Part shown: positions 28,703-37,327 of the stretch, in pieces
Layout: every line of letters begins with the position of its first letter
Numbering within the stretch: the first letter of the stretch is position 1
DNA from: Nitrospirales bacterium
Lineage (GTDB): Bacteria; Nitrospirota; Nitrospiria; Nitrospirales; UBA8639
Direction of reading: 5' to 3'
DNA: 64,000 nt
NCBI GenBank assembly: GCA_963555755.3
Contig: OY820905.2
Coordinates: 3,264,001-3,328,000, forward strand
Notes under the pieces: model-generated
The model's input: only the letters and a program-made list of their open reading frames with translations
What the model was told of the DNA's origin: nothing
Databases searched by the model: none
Translations under genes and position numbers: made by a program

Positions 28703-30330
28703 ATAAAATAGAAGTGCTGAAACGCGAACGAGACGGGTTGGAGATTATTGAAGATATTCCGCTGTTTGCCAAAACAGGTTGGGAATCGATTCCGGAAGAT
28801 GATATCCAACGCCTTAAATGGTACGGCCTGTTTTTGAGGAATCCCACGCCCGGGTATTTCATGATTCGAGTGCGGATTCCCGGAGGACGCGCAACCTCAG
28901 CTCAATTGCGCACCTTGGCGGAGATAGCCAAGACCTTCGGTAATGGGCAATTAGATTTTACGACTCGCCAACAAATTCAGGTTCGCCATCTTCAAATCGA
29001 ACATGTCCCTGAAGTGTTCGCACGAATGGACGAGGTGGGCCTGACGTCGCTGCAAACCGGGTTGGATAATGTGCGAAATATCATGACCTGTCCGGTAGCA
29101 GGGTTGTCTCCCTCGGAATGTATTGATGCGACACCGTTGGTCCATGCCTTGAACCAAGAGATCGTGGGCAATCGGGAATATACCAATCTTCCCCGGAAGT
29201 TCAATGTGGTGATCACGGGTTGTCCGGACAATTGTCTCCATGCGGAAACCCAAGACTTGGCGTTGGTTCCAGCCACCAAAGAGATCGATGGGGAAGAGAA
29301 GCAAGGTTTCAATGTGTTGGTCGGCGGAAAACTTGGGTCCGGTGGGTACCGGATCGCGACACCATTAGATGTCTTTGTGCTTCCCGACGAAGCCGTAGAG
29401 GTCTCGTGTGCCGTGATTCGAGCGTTTCGCGATTACGGATTTCGCGATTCGCGAACCACGGCACGGTTAGCCTTCTTGTTGGAAGAATGGGGAGAAGTTC
29501 GATTTCGTGTCGAGGTGGAAAGACAAATGGGAAGGGCATTGTGGACAGCAGGAAAGGATGCTCGAAAAAAATCAGACACTACGCACGGTGGAGTCTTTCG
29601 GCAAACACAACCGGGATTGAACTACGCCGGGCTCCAAATTCCGGTCGGGAGAATGCAGGCGGAGGACTTACTGGGACTCACCCGTTTGGCAGAGCGTTAT
29701 GGGACCAGCGAACTTCGTCTCGGGGCAAACCAGTCCTTCGTGATTCCCCATATCCACGACAAAGCACTTGGCGATTTTCTGGAAGAGCCGCTCTTGCAAC
29801 AATTTGGCTACAATCCTTCGCCTGTCCGGAAGGGCTTGGTGAGTTGTGTAGGGAATGATTACTGCAATCTCGCGGTCATCGAAACCAAGAGCCAGGCGAT
29901 GAAAACTGCAGCGGCGTTGGAGGCCAAGGTGGGCTCACATATCAAACCAATCACGATGCATTGGTCAGGGTGCCCGGCAGGGTGTGGCAATCACTTGGTC
30001 GCCGATATCGGACTCTTAGGAAAAAAGATCAAGCGTCGAGGCCAAATCGTGGATGCGGTTGATGTGTATGTGGGTGGGCGATCAGGGCCCGATGCCAAGC
30101 TCGCCACGAAATTATTGGAAGATGTACCGTGTGATGAGTTATCCGATGTGTTGGCCGGGGTGCTGCCCTATCACACACGCGAGAAAATGCATCGTGAAAA
30201 GAAACGCATGCGACCAAGTCCTAAACCAGCAAGCATCAAAGCGAGTACGTCTCAGGATCCTGCTTCGACTCCAACACTCAAAAGTAGACCGGTGGCCTCG
30301 GAAAACCAGCAATTAGTCAAATGGGGATAA
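28699..30330 (+). CDS. nirA: Ferredoxin-nitrite reductase (siroheme/4Fe-4S)
   Basis: RLKWYG, TTRQQIQ, DNVRNI, NLPRKFN, C.GN.YC..A..ETK, HWSGCPAGC. Confidence 0.92.
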   Translation: MNKIEVLKRERDGLEIIEDIPLFAKTGWESIPEDDIQRLKWYGLFLRNPTPGYFMIRVRIPGGRATSAQLRTLAEIAKTFGNGQLDFTTRQQIQVRHLQIEHVPEVFARMDEVGLTSLQTGLDNVRNIMTCPVAGLSPSECIDATPLVHALNQEIVGNREYTNLPRKFNVVITGCPDNCLHAETQDLALVPATKEIDGEEKQGFNVLVGGKLGSGGYRIATPLDVFVLPDEAVEVSCAVIRAFRDYGFRDSRTTARLAFLLEEWGEVRFRVEVERQMGRALWTAGKDARKKSDTTHGGVFRQTQPGLNYAGLQIPVGRMQAEDLLGLTRLAERYGTSELRLGANQSFVIPHIHDKALGDFLEEPLLQQFGYNPSPVRKGLVSCVGNDYCNLAVIETKSQAMKTAAALEAKVGSHIKPITMHWSGCPAGCGNHLVADIGLLGKKIKRRGQIVDAVDVYVGGRSGPDAKLATKLLEDVPCDELSDVLAGVLPYHTREKMHREKKRMRPSPKPASIKASTSQDPASTPTLKSRPVASENQQLVKWG

Positions 30331-30338
30331 CACGAGGA

Positions 30339-31283
30339 TTACACGAGTTGATGAATGGTAATTTCCGGTGGGCAATTAAGCCGGACGGGGAGGAGGGAAT
30401 TCCCGGTGCCGCGTGACGTGTAGCCCATCATGCGGCCTTCATAGCTCCATCCACCGGAGATATATTGCCGACTGAAATTGCTGCTATTCAAAATGGGGAT
30501 GTGTCCTGGCAGACAGATTTGGCCACCATGGGTGTGCCCGCACATGTAATAATCAATGCCCGCTTCACAGGCTTCGGGAATAATTTCCGCGGAATGCGCC
30601 AACAGAATTTTTACCGCTTCTTGCGGTACGCCGTCTAACGCTCGTGGCAGATCCGCGACTTCATACCAATGAGGATCATCGACGCCGATCATCCATAGTG
30701 TTTCGCCATCTTTCTTGATTGGTACGGCTTCGTTTAACAATATCGGGATGCCCATTTTTTCTAGTGGCGGTACCATCTCAATAAAATCGTGGTTACCTAA
30801 AATCCCCAGAATTCCGTGAGGGCAATGGATCGCATTGGTCAAGTCCGTCATGAGCGCAAGGGCTTCCTGGTAATCACCAAACGTCAGAAACCGAAAGTCT
30901 CCGGTAATCACGCAAAGATCGTACGTCAGAGAACGAAGCACCTCTTTGAGTTTCTTTCCTCGGTCAACAATTCCTTCCACGTGAAGATCAGATAATTGGA
31001 GAATTCGGAATCCATGAAAAGCGGGAGGAAGACCGCGCAGTGGAACCGTCACGACTTCGACTTTGTAATCAATGGAGTTACGTGTGGCTCGGTGATAGAG
31101 CCCACAGAGTTGTAGCGCACCCTTCAGCAGCGGACCAACGGCATCAAGGTTTTCCCAGTAGATGTGAAATCCCGTGGGGGCAAAGCGAAATGCGGAATGA
31201 TTGACTTGCAGCTCAAGCCGTTTCCCCAAGTGTACGGGGCCAATTCGGTCTTTGAGTTGAAGAAAGGCTTCGTTATCGACCAT
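30339..31283 (-). CDS. Metallophosphoesterase (calcineurin-like)
   Basis: SDLH, TGDF, GNHD, GHTHGGQ. Confidence 0.9.
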   Translation of the reverse strand: MVDNEAFLQLKDRIGPVHLGKRLELQVNHSAFRFAPTGFHIYWENLDAVGPLLKGALQLCGLYHRATRNSIDYKVEVVTVPLRGLPPAFHGFRILQLSDLHVEGIVDRGKKLKEVLRSLTYDLCVITGDFRFLTFGDYQEALALMTDLTNAIHCPHGILGILGNHDFIEMVPPLEKMGIPILLNEAVPIKKDGETLWMIGVDDPHWYEVADLPRALDGVPQEAVKILLAHSAEIIPEACEAGIDYYMCGHTHGGQICLPGHIPILNSSNFSRQYISGGWSYEGRMMGYTSRGTGNSLLPVRLNCPPEITIHQLV

Positions 31284-31481
31284 GGGGAAAAAGTCTTTGT
31301 ACGGAATAGGGTGTGGTGTAGCTCATTTCTATAAGATCGGTCACAACGCGGTAGGAATTGACCTTCACCACCTTGAGATCATCATATATAGCCGGGTTTC
31401 GTCAAGAAGGGACAAACAGGGTAGTTGAAAAAGTTTGAACCTGAAAGCGCCACTTGCCAGGATCCGTATTCACTGAATAAA

Positions 31482-31904
31482 ATGAGAATCCTCATGCAAA
31501 CACTCGATATACATAATCCCGATATTCCTGACCTCCAATTTGTCTTGATGATCGGGGCTTTGTGCACTTTGGACATGCCCACCTTGAATGTACCGGAGGA
31601 GGTCCGCCGCCTAGTCTTTGACCGGTGCTGGGCCATGCTTCACGACACGCCCCCACCGGAAGAACCCACACAACGTGTGCTGGACCTTCGCCAAGGCGAT
31701 GAGGTGACCCTTGAAGCCCTCGTCGAAGTGATTCGGAGCACCTTCACGGAGCAGGGCTACGACCAACTCACGTGGGACTCAACCCCCAGCGAAACCACCC
31801 AATCTAACACCCCCGAAGTCCAATCCCTCATCGACCGCCTCGAGAAATGGGACCCAGTCAATCCCCCACCCGTCGATGGGGCAAGCGAAGCGGGGAATAA
31901 CTAA
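31482..31904 (+). CDS. Hypothetical protein
   Basis: Open, protein-like frame with ATG at 31482 or 31494; no family recognised. Confidence 0.6.
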   Translation: MRILMQTLDIHNPDIPDLQFVLMIGALCTLDMPTLNVPEEVRRLVFDRCWAMLHDTPPPEEPTQRVLDLRQGDEVTLEALVEVIRSTFTEQGYDQLTWDSTPSETTQSNTPEVQSLIDRLEKWDPVNPPPVDGASEAGNN

Positions 31905-31914
31905 AATTTAAATT

Positions 31915-31990
31915 GCGGGGTTTTGTCCCCACGCGCCGAGGTCCTTTTTTTTTCGGCAAAATGACCTCGGCGGCGCTGGCGAAACCCCGC
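31915..31990. repeat. Hairpin made of two head-to-head ends of repeat family G; possible bidirectional terminator
   Basis: GCGGGGTTT...CGCCGAGGTC / GACCTCGGCG...AAACCCCGC between convergent genes. Confidence 0.6.
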
Positions 31991-32042
31991 ATAGAAATAA
32001 TTCCTGACCCCGTTTACAGAATACGAAAAGAAGAATGGTCAG

Positions 32043-32249
32043 CTAGGGGATAGGCGCAGCTTTTTCCTCAACACATTTTTTACAAAATAAAATTTCGCCA
32101 AGATGTTTATCTCGCCCGTCCTTCGTCACTACCCACGGCCGTTCGCTCCAAGGAGGATTGTGACGGACATGCTGCCCATGCCCACATTCGAGATCCGCTA
32201 CCCAATCGTCATATTCATCCTGATGAAAACCTATGATTTTTTGATTCAA
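32043..32249 (-). CDS. DUF3565-like small protein
   Basis: I.GFHQDE..DWVADLECGH.QHVRH.PPW..RPWV...C..C. Confidence 0.85.
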   Translation of the reverse strand: MNQKIIGFHQDEYDDWVADLECGHGQHVRHNPPWSERPWVVTKDGRDKHLGEILFCKKCVEEKAAPIP

Positions 32250-32269
32250 ATCCTCTCCTTAATCTTATC

Positions 32270-32385
32270 CCGCGTTGGGCGCGGCGGAGCCGCAGCACCG
32301 AATCGACTTTTTTGGCGAAGGCTGTTTGAGCGCAGCGAGTTCCTGAGCCATCTTATTCGGTGCGGAGGCGGAGGGACCCCCATGG
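32270..32385 (+). repeat. Left half of repeat family G, interrupted by IS4 copy 2 (right half 34964-35052)
   Basis: Homologous to 12689-12804; continues after the IS as GGGGCCGCGCACGGGCGAAAATGGTTTTGGGTCCTTTTGCCGAAACAAAAGGACCTCG. Confidence 0.8.
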
Positions 32386-34963
32386 CAATGGCATTCGTTT
32401 AAGGAATGGGCGGCATTCGTTTAAGGATTTGGCTCATTCGTTTAAGAAACGGATTCCATGTGCTTAAGGGACTTTCAGATAGAGGCCATCGACCCTGTGG
32501 GGTTCTTGGACTGGCTGTTCTTTTTGGGTGGATGCCACGTGGACTCCGGTTTCATGGATGTTCGAGGATAGGATCGGCCCGGCCTCACCCGTTGGTAGTG
32601 ACTCACAATGGACTCGAAGGCCCGTTGGACGGCGGTCTGCATCCGAGCATGGAGCACGAGCAGATCTTCGAAGCTTCGCGCAAACACGTGAAGGCAATGT
32701 TTGAAGTTGGTCTTGAATGTCCGCCTCGCCCCGGTGCCGGTTCCAACTATGGACGATCCGGGAGGGGCCATGGGCTCAGCTGCGGGGGCTTCGGGATTGA
32801 GTGCGTGGTCCGCCCGATTGGCGAACAGCCGGTTCATGGTGATCAGGACGAAATGCGCGAAGAGCTCTTGTTTGACGCCGCGCTCGGTTTTGGCATGAAA
32901 CTCCTCGATGAGGAACAGGCGCTTGCTCACCTTGTAGAGTTCCTCGATGCCCCAACGGGCATGGTAGAGATCCATGAACTCCTGGAGCGGATACCGCTGC
33001 TGGGGGCCGACCAGGGTGGTGCCCAAGCAAAATCGGCTGCCGGCCATCTCATATTTCAGAAGCCGCAGGCTCAACGGGATGATGGCGAGATCAGGATAGA
33101 CCGCCCGGATGTCTCGTTGCGTGCGTGCGGCGGGGAAGAGGGTGACCGTGGTGTCGGTGTCCGGGCCGGCAAAAAACTCTTGAATCTCCTTGAACCCGCT
33201 GTCTTGGAGACGAAACACGGCGTGGATCCCGGCGGTCCAGTGCTGATGCAGCAGGACGTAGGAGAAATAGCCTCGATCGTACACCACGACATCGTTGGGC
33301 TTCAGCACAGCCAGGTGCCGCAGGGCGCACCGTCGCTCGTTGCCATGCGCGACGAGGTCGAAATCCCAGGGCACTTGCGACGTGAGGTGGTAGAGGCAAC
33401 TCAGCAACCCTTGAGGATAGTGTGCATTGTCAGAGGGCAAGGGGTAGCCACACGCCCGCAACGCGCGGGGCAGTGTAAGCTTGGAGCCATCGACGGCAAA
33501 CACCCGATGGCCCAACCAGGTGTCGTTGGAGTCGTGTGGGGCATAGGCGTCCAGAATGTTCCGGTTGACGGACTGGAAAATGGCTTCGTCCAGTTTGCGA
33601 CGTGCGACACAAAAGGACGCCGGCGCGATGCTGTGGGGTTGCGGGAGCGCGAGCGCCAGGTTGTCGCAACTGTCCCACAAGTCATCAATGGTGGTGCCGT
33701 AACTTTGGGAGTTGGTTGACGACACCAACCGAAAGATCAACAGCATCAGGATCAGGGAATCGATCACCCGTTTCCGGACGCGCCACTGGTCATCGTACTG
33801 GGCCGCCACGTCGTGGAGGATGTGGACCACCTGTTTCCACCAGGCGACAAACCCTTCCCCGACGGACCGTGTGCGACTGGCTCGCACGTCGTTGCGATAG
33901 CGTGTCTTCACCGTGACGGCTCGATGCCCGGCAGTCAGGCACGCGCGCCAGTCGGGTTGGAGCGGATAGAGAAAAATCTCTTTTGTCGTGGGTGGACGGT
34001 CCGACGTTGAGCCAAACCGCCCGCGCCCCTCGGTGTAGCCCACGAAGTGCCAATTGGCCGCTCGATAACAGGTCCCGGCAAACCGGGAGGGATCGATGAA
34101 CGTTTCAATCAGCACCGGGCGATAACCGTAGACTTCAACCCAGTCGTCCCCGATCTGCTTGGTGGCCCGCGCCAGCACATGGCTGGCGAGATTCGGCACG
34201 TCAATCCACGGAAAGATCAAAAACCGATCATTGCGCAACACCAATGGCAGGAGCTTCCTCCGGTGCGTCACGTCCCAGCCAATCCAGTGATCTCTGGGGG
34301 CCAGCGCCCAGGCGGCCGAGGCCGAAAACAGCAGACAGCCCAGCGGGTACGGCTGGGCGGCCGATCTCACCAGATAGCCCAGCTGGGCCCCGATCGGGTG
34401 TTTATAGCCCAAATAATGATAGGTCTGCAGGTAGGCTTTCCAGCTCTCGCGTTCCTCTTTCGAGACCACCCGGTGCAGGGTAATTGGGGCCACGGCGGCG
34501 AGGGTGTCGGTGAGTGGCTCGGTGGGGGGCGGCTCGTGAAACGCAGGGATGGGGTGTCCCGGCGCGCGCTTGTGGCGCGTGGCCGGCAGAGTCACGATCC
34601 CGTGCGCTTCCAGCTCGGTCAGCAAGGTCAAACAGGAATGAATCTTGTTGTGGCCCGTCGGCGTGGTCCAGCTGAGATGCTCACAGACGGTGAGGGCCAA
34701 TTCCTTCCGACTCAGGTGGGGGAACAGCTGGACGGTTTCTTGGACCTGCGCCAACTGCTTGCGGGTGAACCGCCGCCCGCTAAAGGTCGTCTTGGGTAAG
34801 GTGTCCACAGTCTTCATCGAGGATAGTCTCTCAGAAGACGGAAAAGAAGTCAAGCGAAAAAGGACACCAGGGCGACTTCGGTTCAGAAGCCCTGATCAAT
34901 CAACCAGTTCCGCTGATAACAGAGAAGGCAGATTGTTCGTTCGAACCAAACCGAATGCCATTG
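32386..34963 (-). mobile_element. IS4-family insertion sequence, 2578 bp (copy 2, inverted)
   Basis: Same TIRs as copy 1; flanks ACCCCCATGG / ACCCCCTTGG (10 bp, 1 mismatch). Confidence 0.95.
32475..34817 (-). CDS. IS4-family DDE transposase with an N-terminal DUF4338-like domain
   Basis: Same protein as copy 1 except SWKAYL versus SWKVYL. Confidence 0.9.
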   Translation of the reverse strand: MKTVDTLPKTTFSGRRFTRKQLAQVQETVQLFPHLSRKELALTVCEHLSWTTPTGHNKIHSCLTLLTELEAHGIVTLPATRHKRAPGHPIPAFHEPPPTEPLTDTLAAVAPITLHRVVSKEERESWKAYLQTYHYLGYKHPIGAQLGYLVRSAAQPYPLGCLLFSASAAWALAPRDHWIGWDVTHRRKLLPLVLRNDRFLIFPWIDVPNLASHVLARATKQIGDDWVEVYGYRPVLIETFIDPSRFAGTCYRAANWHFVGYTEGRGRFGSTSDRPPTTKEIFLYPLQPDWRACLTAGHRAVTVKTRYRNDVRASRTRSVGEGFVAWWKQVVHILHDVAAQYDDQWRVRKRVIDSLILMLLIFRLVSSTNSQSYGTTIDDLWDSCDNLALALPQPHSIAPASFCVARRKLDEAIFQSVNRNILDAYAPHDSNDTWLGHRVFAVDGSKLTLPRALRACGYPLPSDNAHYPQGLLSCLYHLTSQVPWDFDLVAHGNERRCALRHLAVLKPNDVVVYDRGYFSYVLLHQHWTAGIHAVFRLQDSGFKEIQEFFAGPDTDTTVTLFPAARTQRDIRAVYPDLAIIPLSLRLLKYEMAGSRFCLGTTLVGPQQRYPLQEFMDLYHARWGIEELYKVSKRLFLIEEFHAKTERGVKQELFAHFVLITMNRLFANRADHALNPEAPAAEPMAPPGSSIVGTGTGARRTFKTNFKHCLHVFARSFEDLLVLHARMQTAVQRAFESIVSHYQRVRPGRSYPRTSMKPESTWHPPKKNSQSKNPTGSMASI

Positions 34964-35116
34964 ACCCCCTTGGGGCCGCGCACGGGCGAAAATGGTTTTG
35001 GGTCCTTTTGCCGAAACAAAAGGACCTCGGCGTGTGGGGACGACACCCCACATTATAATTCTTTAAATAATTCATCAGGCGTACTTGACGATAAGAATGA
35101 GGAGGAAGAGAAAACC

Positions 35117-35150
35117 TGGATTCCCGATTAAGGATGTCGGGAATGACGGA
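35117..35150. repeat. REP-like palindrome
   Basis: CTGGATTCCCGA-TTAAGGATG-TCGGGAATGACGG; relatives at about 62360-62393 and 54105-54197. Confidence 0.6.
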
Positions 35151-35231
35151 TTTACGTTCCTTGAATTCCGCTATCGATTCTACGAGTACGGCTCATTAAA
35201 CGAATAGAGAAGGTATCGTTAATCACCTTCT

Positions 35232-36083
35232 CTATTCCTTTCTGGTCTGACTTTTTACATCCAACCAATCGCGAAGCCAGTCGCCGAGTAAGTTAATGGC
35301 CAAAACGACGCACATCAAGGCTAGGCCGGGAGCGATGACCATGTGCGGGGCTACGAGCATGTAGCGCGTGCCATCGCGGATCATGCTGCCCCATGATGCG
35401 GCAGGTGGTTGAACGCCTAATCCCAAGAAGGACAACCCGGCCTCTCCAATCACGACACCTGCGATTCCAAAACTGGCTTCAACAATTAATGGGGCGCTGA
35501 TTAAGGGAACCAGGTGGCGCAGCATAATTCGAATGGGTTGAGCGCCAATTGCGACTGCGGCGTGTACATGATCGCGTTCTTTGACCGAGAGCACTTGCGC
35601 GCGTGCAAGCCGTGCGTATCCCACCCACCCCACGACGCACAACGCAATCACCACATTGTCGATGCCGGGTCCCATGACGCCGGCAAGCGCAATCGCTAAC
35701 AGGATACCGGGAAACGCGAGGAAGATATCGATCACCCGAACGAAGGCGAGGTCCGTCCAGCCTCCCACATAGGCGCTGAGCGTACCCAGACTACTTCCGA
35801 CCACGAGGGAAATGGCCACCACGGTGAACGCGACGAGAAACGAGGTGCGAGCACCGACGATAAGACGATCAACAACCGGTCGTCCAAGATCATCGAAACC
35901 CAACCATTCTTGAACACTTCCAGGCAGAAGAATGTTTGACAGGTCGATCGAGTTTGGCGAAAGCGGGAGGAACGGCCCAAGTATGGCGAGGCCAGCCCAG
36001 AGAAGAATGACCGCCAGAGGAATCCCAACACGAAATATCATAGGACTGTTGATTAATTGAAAAATTCTCATAGTGCCGTTCAC
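35232..36083 (-). CDS. dppC: Peptide/nickel ABC transporter permease (DppC/OppC-like)
   Basis: LG.DDLGR, GARTS, AFPGILLAI, EAGLSFLGLG. Confidence 0.88.
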   Translation of the reverse strand: MNGTMRIFQLINSPMIFRVGIPLAVILLWAGLAILGPFLPLSPNSIDLSNILLPGSVQEWLGFDDLGRPVVDRLIVGARTSFLVAFTVVAISLVVGSSLGTLSAYVGGWTDLAFVRVIDIFLAFPGILLAIALAGVMGPGIDNVVIALCVVGWVGYARLARAQVLSVKERDHVHAAVAIGAQPIRIMLRHLVPLISAPLIVEASFGIAGVVIGEAGLSFLGLGVQPPAASWGSMIRDGTRYMLVAPHMVIAPGLALMCVVLAINLLGDWLRDWLDVKSQTRKE

Positions 36084-36117
36084 GTGTAACTCATCTTATG
36101 AACATCCAAGAGCAACA

Positions 36118-36383
36118 GGGAAGGTTTAAAAAGGTGCGCTCAGCCAGATGGTCTCCAGGCTTCCCATCTGGCTTTCCCAGGGGCTCCGCCCCTAGGACGG
36201 CCCGAACAGCAGGGCCTGTGACCCCTCGAAGGGGGAACACCCCCTTCGAGCATCCCCCACACCGAGTGATACTAAACACCCGGTGTGCAAGGCCGCAGGC
36301 GCTTTGGCGCGTGGAGCGTACTCATAGTACGTGAGCACGACAAAGGGCCGAGAACGCCGCTGACGCCCTTTTTCAACATTCCC
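36118..36383. mobile_element. MITE family A copy with a structured insert of about 145 bp
   Basis: GGGAAGGTTTAAAAAGG...CTTTTTCAACATTCCC; insert at about 36145-36288, between CAGC and AAGGCCGCAG. Confidence 0.75.
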
Positions 36384-36384
36384 A

Positions 36385-37314
36385 TCATGATTTTTGAATT
36401 CTCACACGCGGATCAACCCAGGTGTACACCAGATCCGTGAACAGATTGACCATGACATAGGAACAGCTAATCAAAAGCACAGCAGCTTGGACCACCGGGT
36501 AGTCCCGACGATGAATGGATTCCACCACGAGCGAGCCAATACCCGGCCAGGAAAACACGGTTTCGGTGATCACAGCGCCGCTCAGAAGTGCACCAAGTTG
36601 TAATCCCAGCAACGTGATCACCGGGAGTAACGCATTTCGAAGGCCGTGTCTGAACGTCACAACCCATTCCGTGAGTCCTTTGCTGCGGGCCGTTCGAATA
36701 AAGTCTTCGGTCAACACTTCAAGAAGAGTGCTTCGGATCATGCGCGATAAGATAGCGGCCATGGCCGTGCCTAAGGTGATTGCCGGAAGGACAATCGATC
36801 CGGCGCCTTCGCGTCCACTCACGGGAAACCATCCGAGCCACAAGGCACCGACTAAAATTAACATCGGGCCCATCCAAAAGTTTGGAATCGACATGCCGAA
36901 CAGGGCGAATCCCATGGCCCCGAAATCCCAGGCCGTTCCTTTTTTGACCGCAGCGAGGATCCCTAATGGAATGGCCACCACCAGGGCAATAAGTAGCGAC
37001 ACGAGTCCGAGTTCAATTGTGGCTGGAAGCCGTTCCAACATGAGTTCGGAAATAGGCCGCCCGGAATATAGCGACGTCCCAAGATCGAAGTGAGCCAGTC
37101 CCTTGATATACGCCAGCAGTTGAATGTGAACAGGTTGATGTAAGCCCAAGGCTTGCCGCAGTGCTTCTCTATCAGCCGGTTGAGCGGACTCTCCCAACAT
37201 GACTTCGACGGGGTCGCCTGGGACGAGGTGCAGTAACAGAAAGACCATGCACACGACACCAAAGATTACGCCAAGAGCCGTGAGCATACGTGGAAGAAGG
37301 AATTTGATGAACAT
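36385..37314 (-). CDS. dppB: Peptide/nickel ABC transporter permease (DppB/OppB-like)
   Basis: PGDPV, DLGTS, ERLPAT.EL, RTARSKGL, ETVFSWPG.G. Confidence 0.9.
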   Translation of the reverse strand: MFIKFLLPRMLTALGVIFGVVCMVFLLLHLVPGDPVEVMLGESAQPADREALRQALGLHQPVHIQLLAYIKGLAHFDLGTSLYSGRPISELMLERLPATIELGLVSLLIALVVAIPLGILAAVKKGTAWDFGAMGFALFGMSIPNFWMGPMLILVGALWLGWFPVSGREGAGSIVLPAITLGTAMAAILSRMIRSTLLEVLTEDFIRTARSKGLTEWVVTFRHGLRNALLPVITLLGLQLGALLSGAVITETVFSWPGIGSLVVESIHRRDYPVVQAAVLLISCSYVMVNLFTDLVYTWVDPRVRIQKS

Positions 37315-37327
37315 AGCGGGTTATAGT

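Noticed and set aside
12805..34963. Composite transposon carrying the 17-kb nir/RND region
   Set aside because: Each IS has its own target duplication inside its own host repeat, and the outer flanks do not match each other, so these are independent insertions. They could still mediate an inversion.
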